From a virus (taxonomy: Duplodnaviria > Caudoviricetes), in IMG/VR virus record IMGVR_UViG_3300038335_000075, positions 1 to 25,638 of that record: DNA of 25,638 nucleotides. The stretch is one strand, 5' to 3'. This document shows positions 6,758-15,343 of this stretch, in pieces (the first letter of the stretch is position 1; every line of letters starts with the position of its first letter). The notes under the pieces are model-generated. The model searched no databases. It was not told the DNA's origin and saw only the letters and a list, made by a program, of their open reading frames with translations. Both the position numbers and the translations under genes were made by a program.

Positions 6758-9087
6758 AAATCGCTGTCGGTAACAGTCGTATGGACAAAATATGGAAGAA
6801 CAAGGATATCACATGGCCGGCTTTCAAGGATGCGGTTTGCGCCACCCGGCGCACCACCGAGACAGTGTCCGAGTTTCGTAAGATGACAAAGGCTCGACAG
6901 GATTCCATCAAGGACATCGGCGGATTTGTGGGCGGTGCATTGCGGGAAGGCAAACGACGAAACGGCTATGTGCTTTGCCGGTCCATGCTCACCCTCGATA
7001 TGGACTACGCAACACCCGATACCTGGACACAGCTTGAGTCCCTCTACGACTGGGCCTGTTGCCTATACTCTACTCATAAGCATACGCCGGAGGCACCGCG
7101 CCTTCGTCTTGTCATCCCACTGGAACGCGAGGTAAGCGAGGACGAGTATCCGGCACTGGGACGTATGGTGGCCAAAGAAATCGGCATCGACATGTTTGAT
7201 GACACCACCTATGAACCATCCCGCCTGATGTACTGGCCGTCCACATCATCGGACGGTGAGTTCGTGTTCCAATACAAGGACGGCACTTTTCTTGATCCCG
7301 AAATGTACCTTTCAAAGTATGCCGATTGGCGAGATACCTCTATGTGGCCTACTTCGAAACGACAATCGGAAGTAATCCAGCATAGCATCAAGCAACAAAA
7401 AGACCCGCTCGAAAAAAGCGGTGTAGTCGGCGCATTCTGCAGGGCTTACTCCATCGAGGAGGCCATCGCTGTGTTTTTGGCTGACGTTTATGAACCTTCT
7501 GCGATGGAAGGCCGCTTTGACTATATTCCTGCAGACTCCAGTGCCGGTGTTGTTATTTACGGTGACAAGTTCGCTTATTCTCATCATGCCACGGACCCAG
7601 TCTGCGGAAAGCTGCTGAATGCCTTTGATCTGGTCCGGCTTCATAAATATCCCGAGCTTGACGAAAAGGGATCCTTCAAGGCCATGTCCGAATTCGCAGT
7701 TAAGGATGCGCGGGTGAAGGCGGAGTTTTCTCAGGAACGAAAAGTTCAGGTAGAAGACGAATTTTCAGACGATGAGGATTGGCAAGGCCGGCTAGAGCTT
7801 GAAAAGAATGGCAAGATCAAGGACACGCTTTCCAATATTTCCACTATTCTACGGTTTGATCCGGCACTGCAGTCGATCGTGTTCAACCAGTTCAAGAGCT
7901 TGATCGACGTGGTCGGCGAGCTGCCTTGGCCGCAAGTGAAGCCAGGTTGGAGTGACACCGACCTGGCTTGTGCCAAGCTATATTTTGAGCGCACCTATGG
8001 GATCTGGTCACCGACCAAGTTCAAGGATGCGCTGCTTGGCGTGGTATCGGTGGAGCGGCTTTATCATCCGATCAAAGACTATCTCGGTTCACTGAAATGG
8101 GACGGCATCGAGCGGCTGGACTCGCTGCTCATCGACTACCTTGGTGCAGAAGATACTCCATATGTCCGTGCAGTCACGAGGAAAACGCTGGTGGCGGCGG
8201 TTGTCCGAATCTATCGACCGGGCACGAAATTTGACTCTATCCTCGTGCTGAATGGATCTCAAGGCATCGGCAAGTCGACGCTCTTTGCCCGGTTAGCCGG
8301 CCAGTGGTACTCCGATTCGCTTTCCATCTCCGACATGAAGGACAAAACCGCGCCGGAAAAGCTACAGGGCTACTGGATACTAGAGCTTGGCGAACTTGCG
8401 GGCATCAAGAAGATGGACGTGGAAACAGTGAAGTCATTCATCACGCGTACCGATGATAAGTATCGCCAGTCCTATGGCGTGTCGGTGGAAAGCCACCCGC
8501 GCTCCTGCATCATTGTCGGCACCACCAACTCCGATGGCGGGTTCCTTCGCGACATCACAGGAAATCGCCGGTTCTGGCCTGTGCGCGTCATGGGTCATGG
8601 CAAATATTATGCATGGGAGCTTACCGAAGTCGACCAGATCTGGGCAGAAGCCATTGAGCGCTATAAGGTCAGAGAGGAACTTTTTCTAAAAGGCGCGTTG
8701 GCCGAAGAAGCCGTCTCGCAGCAGAGGGATGCCATGGAAGGCGACGATCGCGAAGGGTTGGTCGCTGAATATCTCGAATGCCTGCTGCCAGAAGCTTGGG
8801 ACAAAATGGACCTCTATCAGCGGCGAAATCACCTAAATGGTGGCGAATTTGGTGAGCCATTAAACCATGGAACCATGAAACGCACCCAGGTCTGCGTGAT
8901 GGAGATTTGGTGCGAGTGCTTCTGCAAAGCACGCGAATCGATTAGGAAGGGCGACTCCTATGAGATTGAAGGAATCCTGAATAAGATTGGCGGATGGAAG
9001 AAGTTTGATGGAAACAAGACCGGTAAAAAGCATGTGCCGTTATATGGGCCACAGCGTGTGTTCGTTCGATCGGAAAGGGAGGGTTAG
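6754..9087 (+). CDS. Virulence-associated E (VapE)-type phage primase/helicase
   Basis: N-terminal primase-like motifs GGFVGG, LTLDMD, YSTHKH, PRLRLVIPL; P-loop GSQGIGKST, ILELGEL, GTTN, FLRDITGNRRFWP. Start moved to ATG 6754 (after GAGGAGG, ATGA overlap). Confidence 0.9.
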   Translation: MKIAVGNSRMDKIWKNKDITWPAFKDAVCATRRTTETVSEFRKMTKARQDSIKDIGGFVGGALREGKRRNGYVLCRSMLTLDMDYATPDTWTQLESLYDWACCLYSTHKHTPEAPRLRLVIPLEREVSEDEYPALGRMVAKEIGIDMFDDTTYEPSRLMYWPSTSSDGEFVFQYKDGTFLDPEMYLSKYADWRDTSMWPTSKRQSEVIQHSIKQQKDPLEKSGVVGAFCRAYSIEEAIAVFLADVYEPSAMEGRFDYIPADSSAGVVIYGDKFAYSHHATDPVCGKLLNAFDLVRLHKYPELDEKGSFKAMSEFAVKDARVKAEFSQERKVQVEDEFSDDEDWQGRLELEKNGKIKDTLSNISTILRFDPALQSIVFNQFKSLIDVVGELPWPQVKPGWSDTDLACAKLYFERTYGIWSPTKFKDALLGVVSVERLYHPIKDYLGSLKWDGIERLDSLLIDYLGAEDTPYVRAVTRKTLVAAVVRIYRPGTKFDSILVLNGSQGIGKSTLFARLAGQWYSDSLSISDMKDKTAPEKLQGYWILELGELAGIKKMDVETVKSFITRTDDKYRQSYGVSVESHPRSCIIVGTTNSDGGFLRDITGNRRFWPVRVMGHGKYYAWELTEVDQIWAEAIERYKVREELFLKGALAEEAVSQQRDAMEGDDREGLVAEYLECLLPEAWDKMDLYQRRNHLNGGEFGEPLNHGTMKRTQVCVMEIWCECFCKARESIRKGDSYEIEGILNKIGGWKKFDGNKTGKKHVPLYGPQRVFVRSEREG

Positions 9088-9090
9088 CTA

Positions 9091-9300
9091 TGCCCATATG
9101 TCTCATTGGCTGTCAGGCACATAAGATGGGCAAAGTCGCAAGCCCTTCATCTAGTAGGCTTCTCGACGTACTTGTTCCCATTGTGCCCATTACTTATTTA
9201 TTAAATGTTGTAGTTATAAGAAGTAAAGGAATATTGGACACGTATAAACGCATATATACGCGTAAGAGTTTAAACTGCTTGGGCACGGTCATGGGCACAA
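9091..9300. repeat. Candidate replication origin: TGCCCA(T)-type repeats in both orientations around an AT-rich core
   Basis: TGCCCAT 9091, ATGGGCA 9126, TGTTCCCAT 9173, TTGTGCCCAT 9181-9190 with perfect inverse ATGGGCACAA 9291-9300, TTGGGCAC 9279; AT-rich stretch from 9190; directly after primase/helicase. Confidence 0.5.
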
Positions 9301-9310
9301 GGAGGTTCTT

Positions 9311-9619
9311 ATGCGCGAAAAATTGATTGAACAGAAACTGGTCCGGGCAGTAAAAGCGGCTGGTGGAATTGCTGTGAAGTTTGTTTCTCCTGGCTTTGAT
9401 GGAATGCCTGACCGACTTGTACTTTTACCGGGTAGAAAATTGGCCTTTGTTGAGGTCAAGAGGGTGGGATGTAAACCACGTCCTTTGCAGGTCAAAAGGC
9501 ATGAAATGATAAGATCTTTAGGGTTTGTGGTGTATGTGCTTGATGATGAAAGGAAGATACTGCCGATGTTGTCTGATATTTGTGGAGGAGGCGGAGTATG
9601 CCAGCAAAAAACAGAGTGA
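9311..9619 (+). CDS. VRR-NUC domain nuclease
   Basis: MREKLIE...KFVSPGFDGMPDRLVLLPG...FVEVK...RPLQ PD-(D/E)XK pattern; GGAGG RBS. Confidence 0.9.
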   Translation: MREKLIEQKLVRAVKAAGGIAVKFVSPGFDGMPDRLVLLPGRKLAFVEVKRVGCKPRPLQVKRHEMIRSLGFVVYVLDDERKILPMLSDICGGGGVCQQKTE

Positions 9620-10098
9620 CGGTCACTTGTGACTGGTGCGGGAAAATGATTGAAAAGTGGCCATCCATTATAAAAAGACACAATTTTTGTAGTCGGCAGT
9701 GCTTAGCTGATTTCAGCAATAAAACAAAGAATCCAGATGAATATGGCAAACTGAAAGACTACACTGGACAAAGGCAGAACATGGCGGAGATGAATCGCAA
9801 ACTTAATCCGTCAAGAATGACTGCCATCACAAGGTCAAAGTTGCGTCAGGCTCGCCTTCAGACAGAACATAACGGTAGGACATATGCAAAATTTTATGGC
9901 CGTCTCCAGCATCGACTGGTTGCAGAGAAAATGCTGGGACGGAAACTGCGAGATGATGAGGTAGTCCATCATATGGATGGTGACAAACGCAACAACGGCC
10001 CCGAAAACCTCATGGTTATGACGGCTGCAGAACATGGACGCTTTCATCTCCGCCTCCGTCGTTTCTGGTTCAAAGGCGGTGCTGACGATGATTGCTGA
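9598..10098 (+). CDS. Free-standing HNH endonuclease with N-terminal Cys4 zinc domain (homing-endonuclease-like)
   Basis: HRLVAEKMLGRKL...EVVHHMDGDKRNNGPENL...EH; N-terminal CDWC...FCSRQC; ATG 9598 after GGAGG. Confidence 0.85.
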   Translation: MPAKNRVTVTCDWCGKMIEKWPSIIKRHNFCSRQCLADFSNKTKNPDEYGKLKDYTGQRQNMAEMNRKLNPSRMTAITRSKLRQARLQTEHNGRTYAKFYGRLQHRLVAEKMLGRKLRDDEVVHHMDGDKRNNGPENLMVMTAAEHGRFHLRLRRFWFKGGADDDC

Positions 10099-11461
10099 TC
10101 TTCACGAATATCAGGAATTCTCCGTGGATTACCTTCTCTCGCATCCCGTCGCTGCACTTTTCCTAGACTGCGGTCTTGGGAAAACGCTTATTGCATTATC
10201 TGCCATCTTCGATCTGACGCTGGATTGCTTTCTGATTCGAAAGGTACTGGTGATTGCACCTCTCAGGGTGGCTCGTGATACCTGGCCTGCTGAGATCGAG
10301 AAATGGGATCACATTAAGGGACTCAAATATTCCGTTGCTGTTGGCAGTGAACCAGAACGCAAAGCGGCACTGCTACAAAAGGCCCAGGTGCATCTCATCA
10401 ACCGTGAAAACATAGAATGGTTGGTCACAAAGAGCGGTCTACCTTTTGACTACGACATGGTGGTCGTCGATGAGCTGTCATCCTTCAAATCTCATCAGGC
10501 TAAGCGGTTTAAGAGCCTATTGAAAGTACGACCTGGTGTAAAGCGGATTGTTGGGCTTACGGGAACGCCTTCTAGTAACGGTCTCATGGATCTGTGGGCC
10601 GAGTTCAAACTTCTGGATAGAGGGCAGCGACTGGGCAGGTTTATCGGGAATTACCGGTCCACCTTCTTTGTTCCTGACAAACGAAATGCCCAGGTGGTAT
10701 TTTCCTATAAACCGAAACCCGGTGCGGAAGAAGCCATCTACCAGTTGGTCTCTGATATAACGATCTCCATGAAGAGCAGCGATTATCTGAAACTGCCGGA
10801 AATGGTGATGAACGAGGTCTCCGTCCGGATGTCAGCTCTGGAGGCGCTACACTACCAAACTATGAAAGACGAGATGGTGTTGTCCTTAAAGGGCAAAGAG
10901 ATTGATGCCGCGAATGCAGCCGCCCTTTCCGGGAAACTGCTGCAAATGGCAAACGGTGCGGTCTATGACGAAAACCATGGAGTTGCTCGTCTTCATGACC
11001 GGAAGTTGGATGCGCTGGAGGATCTGATCGAAGCGGCAAATGGAAAACCGGTTCTCATCGCTTACTGGTTTAAGCATGATCTTGCACGAATACTTGAGCG
11101 CTTTCCTGCTGACCGCCTTGATTCAGCACAGAGTATTCGCCGGTGGAATGCGGGTGAGATTCCCATTGCTGTTATTCATCCTGCATCGGCCGGACATGGC
11201 CTGAACCTACAGACTGGAGGGTCCACTCTCATCTGGTTCTCGCTGACATGGAGTCTTGAGCTTTACCAGCAAACCAATGCCCGGCTTTGGCGGCAAGGGC
11301 AGAAGGACACGGTGGTTATCCACCACATCATCGCGAGGGGCACAATTGACGAACAGGTCATGAAAGCCCTTCGGCTGAAAGATAAAACACAGTCCGCACT
11401 GATTGATGCCGTGAAAGCAAACATTGGAGGTAAGATTGATGATAGCCTGGAAATATCTTGA
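10088..11461 (+). CDS. SNF2-related phage helicase
   Basis: HEYQ Q-motif, DCGLGKT Walker A, VVDELS Walker B, LTGTP, AGHGLNLQ, QTNARLWRQGQ; start moved to ATG 10088. Confidence 0.92.
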   Translation: MIADLHEYQEFSVDYLLSHPVAALFLDCGLGKTLIALSAIFDLTLDCFLIRKVLVIAPLRVARDTWPAEIEKWDHIKGLKYSVAVGSEPERKAALLQKAQVHLINRENIEWLVTKSGLPFDYDMVVVDELSSFKSHQAKRFKSLLKVRPGVKRIVGLTGTPSSNGLMDLWAEFKLLDRGQRLGRFIGNYRSTFFVPDKRNAQVVFSYKPKPGAEEAIYQLVSDITISMKSSDYLKLPEMVMNEVSVRMSALEALHYQTMKDEMVLSLKGKEIDAANAAALSGKLLQMANGAVYDENHGVARLHDRKLDALEDLIEAANGKPVLIAYWFKHDLARILERFPADRLDSAQSIRRWNAGEIPIAVIHPASAGHGLNLQTGGSTLIWFSLTWSLELYQQTNARLWRQGQKDTVVIHHIIARGTIDEQVMKALRLKDKTQSALIDAVKANIGGKIDDSLEIS

Positions 11462-11891
11462 TAAACAGCAAGCAACGCTCAATGCACTCAGTGATTATCG
11501 AAATATGGAAGCCATTATAGAAATAACCCCAGTGGAGATTAAAGATATCAAGGAGAGTATGTCGAGTCCAAAAGGTTCTGTAATAGATGGAATGCCGCGC
11601 GCAAGCGATATAAGAAGTGGAGAAAATTTGGTGTGCAACTCCATTGATCAGTGTGATGTGCTGCAAAACCGATACCTGCAGGCAGTAGAGTTTATGTCCT
11701 GGTTCACACCAGCATGGCTCGAGCTTTCAGAGGAGGAACGGCTTCTTCTTGAAGCCTTCTATATGGGTGAAGATAACAAGACTACTGCTGTTGAGAATAT
11801 CAGCGAGCAGCTTAATATAGAGAGAGCTCAGATATATAGGCGCAAGGACAAGGCACTGAATCGACTGGCGATTTTTCTATATGGTACGTAA
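11439..11891 (+). CDS. Probable late-gene transcriptional activator (RinA/ArpU/DUF1492-like)
   Basis: Position at end of replication module; C-terminal sigma-4-like HTH LSEEERLLLEAFY...ISEQLNIERAQIYRRKDKAL; ATG 11439 after GGAGGT. Confidence 0.7.
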   Translation: MIAWKYLDKQQATLNALSDYRNMEAIIEITPVEIKDIKESMSSPKGSVIDGMPRASDIRSGENLVCNSIDQCDVLQNRYLQAVEFMSWFTPAWLELSEEERLLLEAFYMGEDNKTTAVENISEQLNIERAQIYRRKDKALNRLAIFLYGT

Positions 11892-11954
11892 AAGAAGAAG
11901 GCTCCGATGCTTTACGCCAAGGAGCTCTTATGTACTATGCAATTTTGTAACGGA

Positions 11955-12791
11955 TTATAGTAAACTATCTAATATTTCCCTTATGGTTATACAGACATCG
12001 CTGTACTGGATATCTTTTGCATAATCAAATTGATTTTGATAATCAATCCAATGGTCTTTCATGATGTCACTTGTTTCAATTGTCTGTAGAATCTCATGGT
12101 ATTGATCAAAAAGCAAAAGTGTATTTCGGCTTTGTGCAGTTGCTGTTAGTGCGGCGTGAAGAGAGACAGGATTAATATTCTGCCATTGCAGCTGACGAAT
12201 AATGTAAATATCATAATAGTCTCTTGGGCGTGTGTTCTGATCTCCTCTAGAAATCACAGTTTCCAGTTTTTCCGCGATGATGGTTTCAAGGTTATATGCT
12301 AACACCTGAATGTTTCGTGGTTCGAGGAGAAGCCTAAATTCGTAGACTATCTCTCGAGGCGTAATTATATCACCGGTAGTAATATCTATCTTCAAGGGTA
12401 CTCTCATTGGAGGATACTTCGCCTCAAGAGTAATGCGCAGTCCGGCATAGTCTGAACTTTCTCGTATTTCCTCAGTGCGTTTGAGGGAAAAAGTGACATC
12501 ATCGTTCAAGGGGATATTGCATATTTCTTCAAACACTTTTGTGATTGTCTCAGCATTTACTGGCAAGCCACGAAGCGTTGTATCCATATCCATGGTCGCT
12601 CGCGTGTCTAGACCAACCATGGCTGCAATTAAAAAACCTCCTTTTAGAATGAAGTTGGATTTGTAAGGAGATATGGATATGCGCTCCAGTAAACGCTCCA
12701 GCATATAGTTTTGCATAATAATTTGAGCGGATATATTCTTGCTCTTTGCCATATTTCTGATAACAGCTTTTAGCTGCATTGCGTTGTTCAT
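11955..12791 (-). CDS. abiEii: AbiEii/AbiGii-family nucleotidyltransferase toxin (type IV TA)
   Basis: FILKGG...RATMDMD, KIDIT, AEKL, RPRDYYD motifs; ATGA-coupled to upstream antitoxin. Confidence 0.92.
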   Translation of the reverse strand: MNNAMQLKAVIRNMAKSKNISAQIIMQNYMLERLLERISISPYKSNFILKGGFLIAAMVGLDTRATMDMDTTLRGLPVNAETITKVFEEICNIPLNDDVTFSLKRTEEIRESSDYAGLRITLEAKYPPMRVPLKIDITTGDIITPREIVYEFRLLLEPRNIQVLAYNLETIIAEKLETVISRGDQNTRPRDYYDIYIIRQLQWQNINPVSLHAALTATAQSRNTLLLFDQYHEILQTIETSDIMKDHWIDYQNQFDYAKDIQYSDVCITIREILDSLL

Positions 12792-13381
12792 AGCAAGACC
12801 TCCAAGTAAGAACGGAGCTTTTCTTCAACCCTAAAAAGCTTTGCGTATTTTGAAAGCAAGGGAATGTTTTTTTTGTCTAAGCGGGCATAACGATTAAATG
12901 CATCTGTCACAATTTGGATTTCTGTGGCGCTACGGCCTTTTAAGATATCGCAAAGTGTTCTTTCAGCATTATAATGCTTGACGTCATTACCGCCGGGAGA
13001 TTTAGCAGTGATAATACCAACCTCGTAGAGATCTTCTTTGACTCGATAGTATTTGACATTTTCGTAGTTTAGCGCAGTTGTGTTATATCCAAGCGGAAAC
13101 GTCATGGAATATTTAATTGGAGTACGGTCAGTTAAATCTAACAAGAAAAGAGCAGTTTCATGAGAGAAAATTCCTCGCTTGAACCGCATTTGAAGATTAA
13201 ACATTTCATCATCAAAAATTGCAGGGATAATATATACGCCACGTGTTGAAGGTTCAAGCAAGCCTTTTTTGACAAGAACTCTTATATGTTCACGCAAAAT
13301 ACCGGCTTCTGTTACTTGTGATGTAGTGACTACTCCGTTGTTATTGTGGGCTATTTTAAGAATCTGTTCGCCATAATTCAT
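12788..13381 (-). CDS. abiEi: AbiEi-family antitoxin / autorepressor (type IV TA)
   Basis: N-terminal winged HTH ending RGVY, SHETAL-x-LLDLTDRTP, ERTLCDI; RBS GAGGTG. Confidence 0.92.
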   Translation of the reverse strand: MNYGEQILKIAHNNNGVVTTSQVTEAGILREHIRVLVKKGLLEPSTRGVYIIPAIFDDEMFNLQMRFKRGIFSHETALFLLDLTDRTPIKYSMTFPLGYNTTALNYENVKYYRVKEDLYEVGIITAKSPGGNDVKHYNAERTLCDILKGRSATEIQIVTDAFNRYARLDKKNIPLLSKYAKLFRVEEKLRSYLEVLL

Positions 13382-13415
13382 ATGTTCTCACCTCAAATCA
13401 TATTAAACTTTTTCA

Positions 13416-13462
13416 TTGACTTCCATGCACACAATTATAATAAAAGAGTGCATGGAAGTCAA
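13416..13462 (-). promoter_or_regulatory. abiE promoter embedded in a perfect 15-bp inverted repeat operator
   Basis: TTGACTTCCATGCAC-N17-GTGCATGGAAGTCAA; minus strand reads TTGACT (13462-13457)-17 nt-TATAAT (13439-13434). Confidence 0.85.
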
Positions 13463-13496
13463 CGTAAGTTTTATAAACGGTTAATATTCCTTTGAA

Positions 13497-13542
13497 GATG
13501 AGAAAAACGTGAGATGAAATTTACTTTTAAAGGTCATATAAT
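13497..13542 (+). promoter_or_regulatory. Candidate activator-dependent late promoter
   Basis: TATAAT at 13537-13542, weak -35 ATGAAA 17 nt upstream, TGAGA direct repeats 11 bp apart (13499, 13510); upstream of packaging HNH. Confidence 0.5.
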
Positions 13543-13569
13543 AATAACATAGAGAACTGTAAAAAAACG

Positions 13570-13603
13570 AAGGCTCCCAGGCGAAACCGCTTAGGGGCTT
13601 TTT
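13570..13603 (+). terminator. Terminator-like hairpin upstream of packaging HNH
   Basis: AAGGCTCCCAGGCG-AAAC-CGCTTAGGGGC followed by TTTTT. Confidence 0.55.
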
Positions 13604-13650
13604 AATGTACGAATAAGGCAATAAAAGGTGAAAAAACGAGGTGAAACCTA

Positions 13651-14013
13651 GTGCCATTTAAACCAAAACGTCCGTGCTCTCATCCTGGCTGCCCGAAGCT
13701 AACAGACGGACGGTTCTGCGAGGAACACACCAAACAAGAAGCAAGACGCTACGAAAAGTATGACCGCGATCCTGCCGCCAGGAAAAGATACGGCCGGACG
13801 TGGAAGCGTATACGAGACGGGTACATTGCTGCACATCCACTATGCGAACAGTGTCAGAAGAACAGCAAGACCACACCGGCCACAGAGGTCCACCACAGCA
13901 AGCCTCTCTCTCAAGGTGGCAACAACAGTTTCGAAAACCTGATGGCTCTTTGTAGGCCTTGCCATTCAGAGATCACTGCTCGCGAAGGAGGTCGCTGGGG
14001 ACGCAAGGACTGA
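13651..14013 (+). CDS. Packaging-associated HNH endonuclease (HK97 gp74-like)
   Basis: MPFKPKRPCSHPGC...FCEEH, HPLCEQC, EVHH, GGNN...NLMALCRPCH; located before TerS. Confidence 0.9.
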   Translation: MPFKPKRPCSHPGCPKLTDGRFCEEHTKQEARRYEKYDRDPAARKRYGRTWKRIRDGYIAAHPLCEQCQKNSKTTPATEVHHSKPLSQGGNNSFENLMALCRPCHSEITAREGGRWGRKD

Positions 14014-14122
14014 CCCCCAGGGGCGGTCTGAATCTCTGGGACTTTTAAATTGTAGAACGGGCGCGGGGTTTCGTGTGAGTTTTTCAAAAATCAAAAATCA
14101 AAAAATCAAATTCAAAATCAAA
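14014..14122. other. Candidate cos / packaging site region
   Basis: Between HNH and TerS, the usual cos position in HK97-like phages; CCCC-A-GGGG palindrome, GC-rich AACGGGCGCGGGG block, six tandem TCAAA(A/T)n units at 14084-14122. Confidence 0.45.
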
Positions 14123-14136
14123 GCGAGGTGACGCTA

Positions 14137-14637
14137 ATGCCCAGCGGAGGCTACCGTCCGGGTGCAGGCCGCCCTCGGAAGAATCCAATCGACAAAAAAC
14201 TAGAAGGTAAATCAACAGTCAGCAAAGCAACCCCAAAACCGACTGTCAAAAAGCTCGCAACTCAAAATGTCATGGCTGGCTATTTCGGTGTGGCAATGAA
14301 GGAATGCGAAAAGGAAGTACCCTCAGCGGAAATTCTACGAAACGAAATTGAGGAATACATCGCGGCTCGCGGTTGCGACGGCTTGGTCGCTCCGCAGACG
14401 ATAACAGACTATGTGCTGAATAGGCAAGGTTTCCTCGCCTGCGAAGCGATGAACCGTAAAATCGGACGTATGACCAAGGAACTGAAGCTCTCACCCTACG
14501 TCACAGCAGGCGCAGGCTATTACAAAGCGATGCAAGCTGACTTCAACCTGATCATGCAAATCATCAATCGCTTCAGCAGCAATCAGAACGACGAGAAGAA
14601 CGCCTTCTTGGAACTACTCACGAACAGGGGATTTTAG
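14137..14637 (+). CDS. terS: Terminase small subunit (divergent, P27-like)
   Basis: N-terminus MPSGGYRPGAGRPRK typical of TerS; SPYV motif; position after HNH; ATG 14137 after GAGGTG. Confidence 0.72.
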   Translation: MPSGGYRPGAGRPRKNPIDKKLEGKSTVSKATPKPTVKKLATQNVMAGYFGVAMKECEKEVPSAEILRNEIEEYIAARGCDGLVAPQTITDYVLNRQGFLACEAMNRKIGRMTKELKLSPYVTAGAGYYKAMQADFNLIMQIINRFSSNQNDEKNAFLELLTNRGF

Positions 14638-15074
14638 ATAACCATACCAACTCTTGCCATTTTATCAGCTATGTTGTTAAACTCAACATCAGAATGCGCC
14701 TTAACTTTGACAAAGCGAATTCGCATATTCATGCGCTTACGCTCAATAAATTCGGCGTACTGAATGTAGCATTGGCAGCCTTGATGACGAGGCTTTAAGT
14801 TAGACTTGTCTGCGAAGTACGCCAGCCCATCCCAGTCGTGATAAATGGTTAGATATGTGACACCAAGTGATCTTGCAGCTCTAATTGCAGTTTTGACAGC
14901 ATTAATCTCCGCAATATTTGCACCATATTTATTTAGTTTTGAGTACTGTCGCTGAAAGGCGATTCGATGCGGACGATGGTTTTGATTGGTAATCAGTATC
15001 ACTGCCGATCCCGCGGAACTTGTCTGGGGCTTGAAACTGCCGTCAACATATGCTCTTGCCTTAAGTTTTGCCAT
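14634..15074 (-). CDS. Ribonuclease HI-like protein (catalytic domain only)
   Basis: All four carboxylates and the His loop present: YVDGSF, NIAEINA, IYHDW, KVKAHS...NNIADKMA; strong AAGGAGG RBS. Confidence 0.9.
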   Translation of the reverse strand: MAKLKARAYVDGSFKPQTSSAGSAVILITNQNHRPHRIAFQRQYSKLNKYGANIAEINAVKTAIRAARSLGVTYLTIYHDWDGLAYFADKSNLKPRHQGCQCYIQYAEFIERKRMNMRIRFVKVKAHSDVEFNNIADKMARVGMVI

Positions 15075-15093
15075 ATATTTTCCTCCTTAACTA

Positions 15094-15260
15094 AAATGCA
15101 GCCGTTAACCGTCAAATAGACTTATTCAGTCATTTGACGGTTAGCGGCTGCATTTGAAATGCCGAAGGCGGATATGAGGAACTCGGATCCTTAAGCCTTC
15201 GAAGAACGGGTGGTAGCCAGTGACCGTTCCGCGCCATAGCAAGCACTCATGTATTTGCTA
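15094..15260. ncRNA. Multi-hairpin non-coding element upstream of RNase H gene
   Basis: Hairpins at 15094-15155 (24-bp arm with one mismatch plus 4-bp inner stem), 15163-15201, 15204-15229 and 15237-15260; candidate minus-strand promoter TTGCCA (15308-15303)-17 nt-CAAAAT (15285-15280). Confidence 0.55.
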
Positions 15261-15343
15261 TACATATTTATCTAATTTTATTTTGCCACACATTCATATA
15301 TTTGGCAATCACATTCAACTTCATTTTATTCGGAGGTATTTAC

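Noticed and set aside
9090-9326. 78-aa ORF between primase/helicase and VRR-NUC
   Set aside because: No recognisable motif, spans a repeat-rich AT-rich region better explained as non-coding, and overlaps the VRR-NUC start.
13416-13445. Mirror + strand promoter in the abiE palindrome
   Set aside because: TTGACT to TATAAT spacing is only 14 nt on the + strand, versus 17 nt on the minus strand.
14084-14122. TCAAA tandem units as CRISPR or type III antitoxin repeats
   Set aside because: Units are 5-8 bp with no spacers; far too short.
14634-15300. Complete retron or other RT-based system
   Set aside because: No ORF with reverse transcriptase motifs in the window and no convincing a1/a2 inverted repeat; kept only as an architectural analogy.
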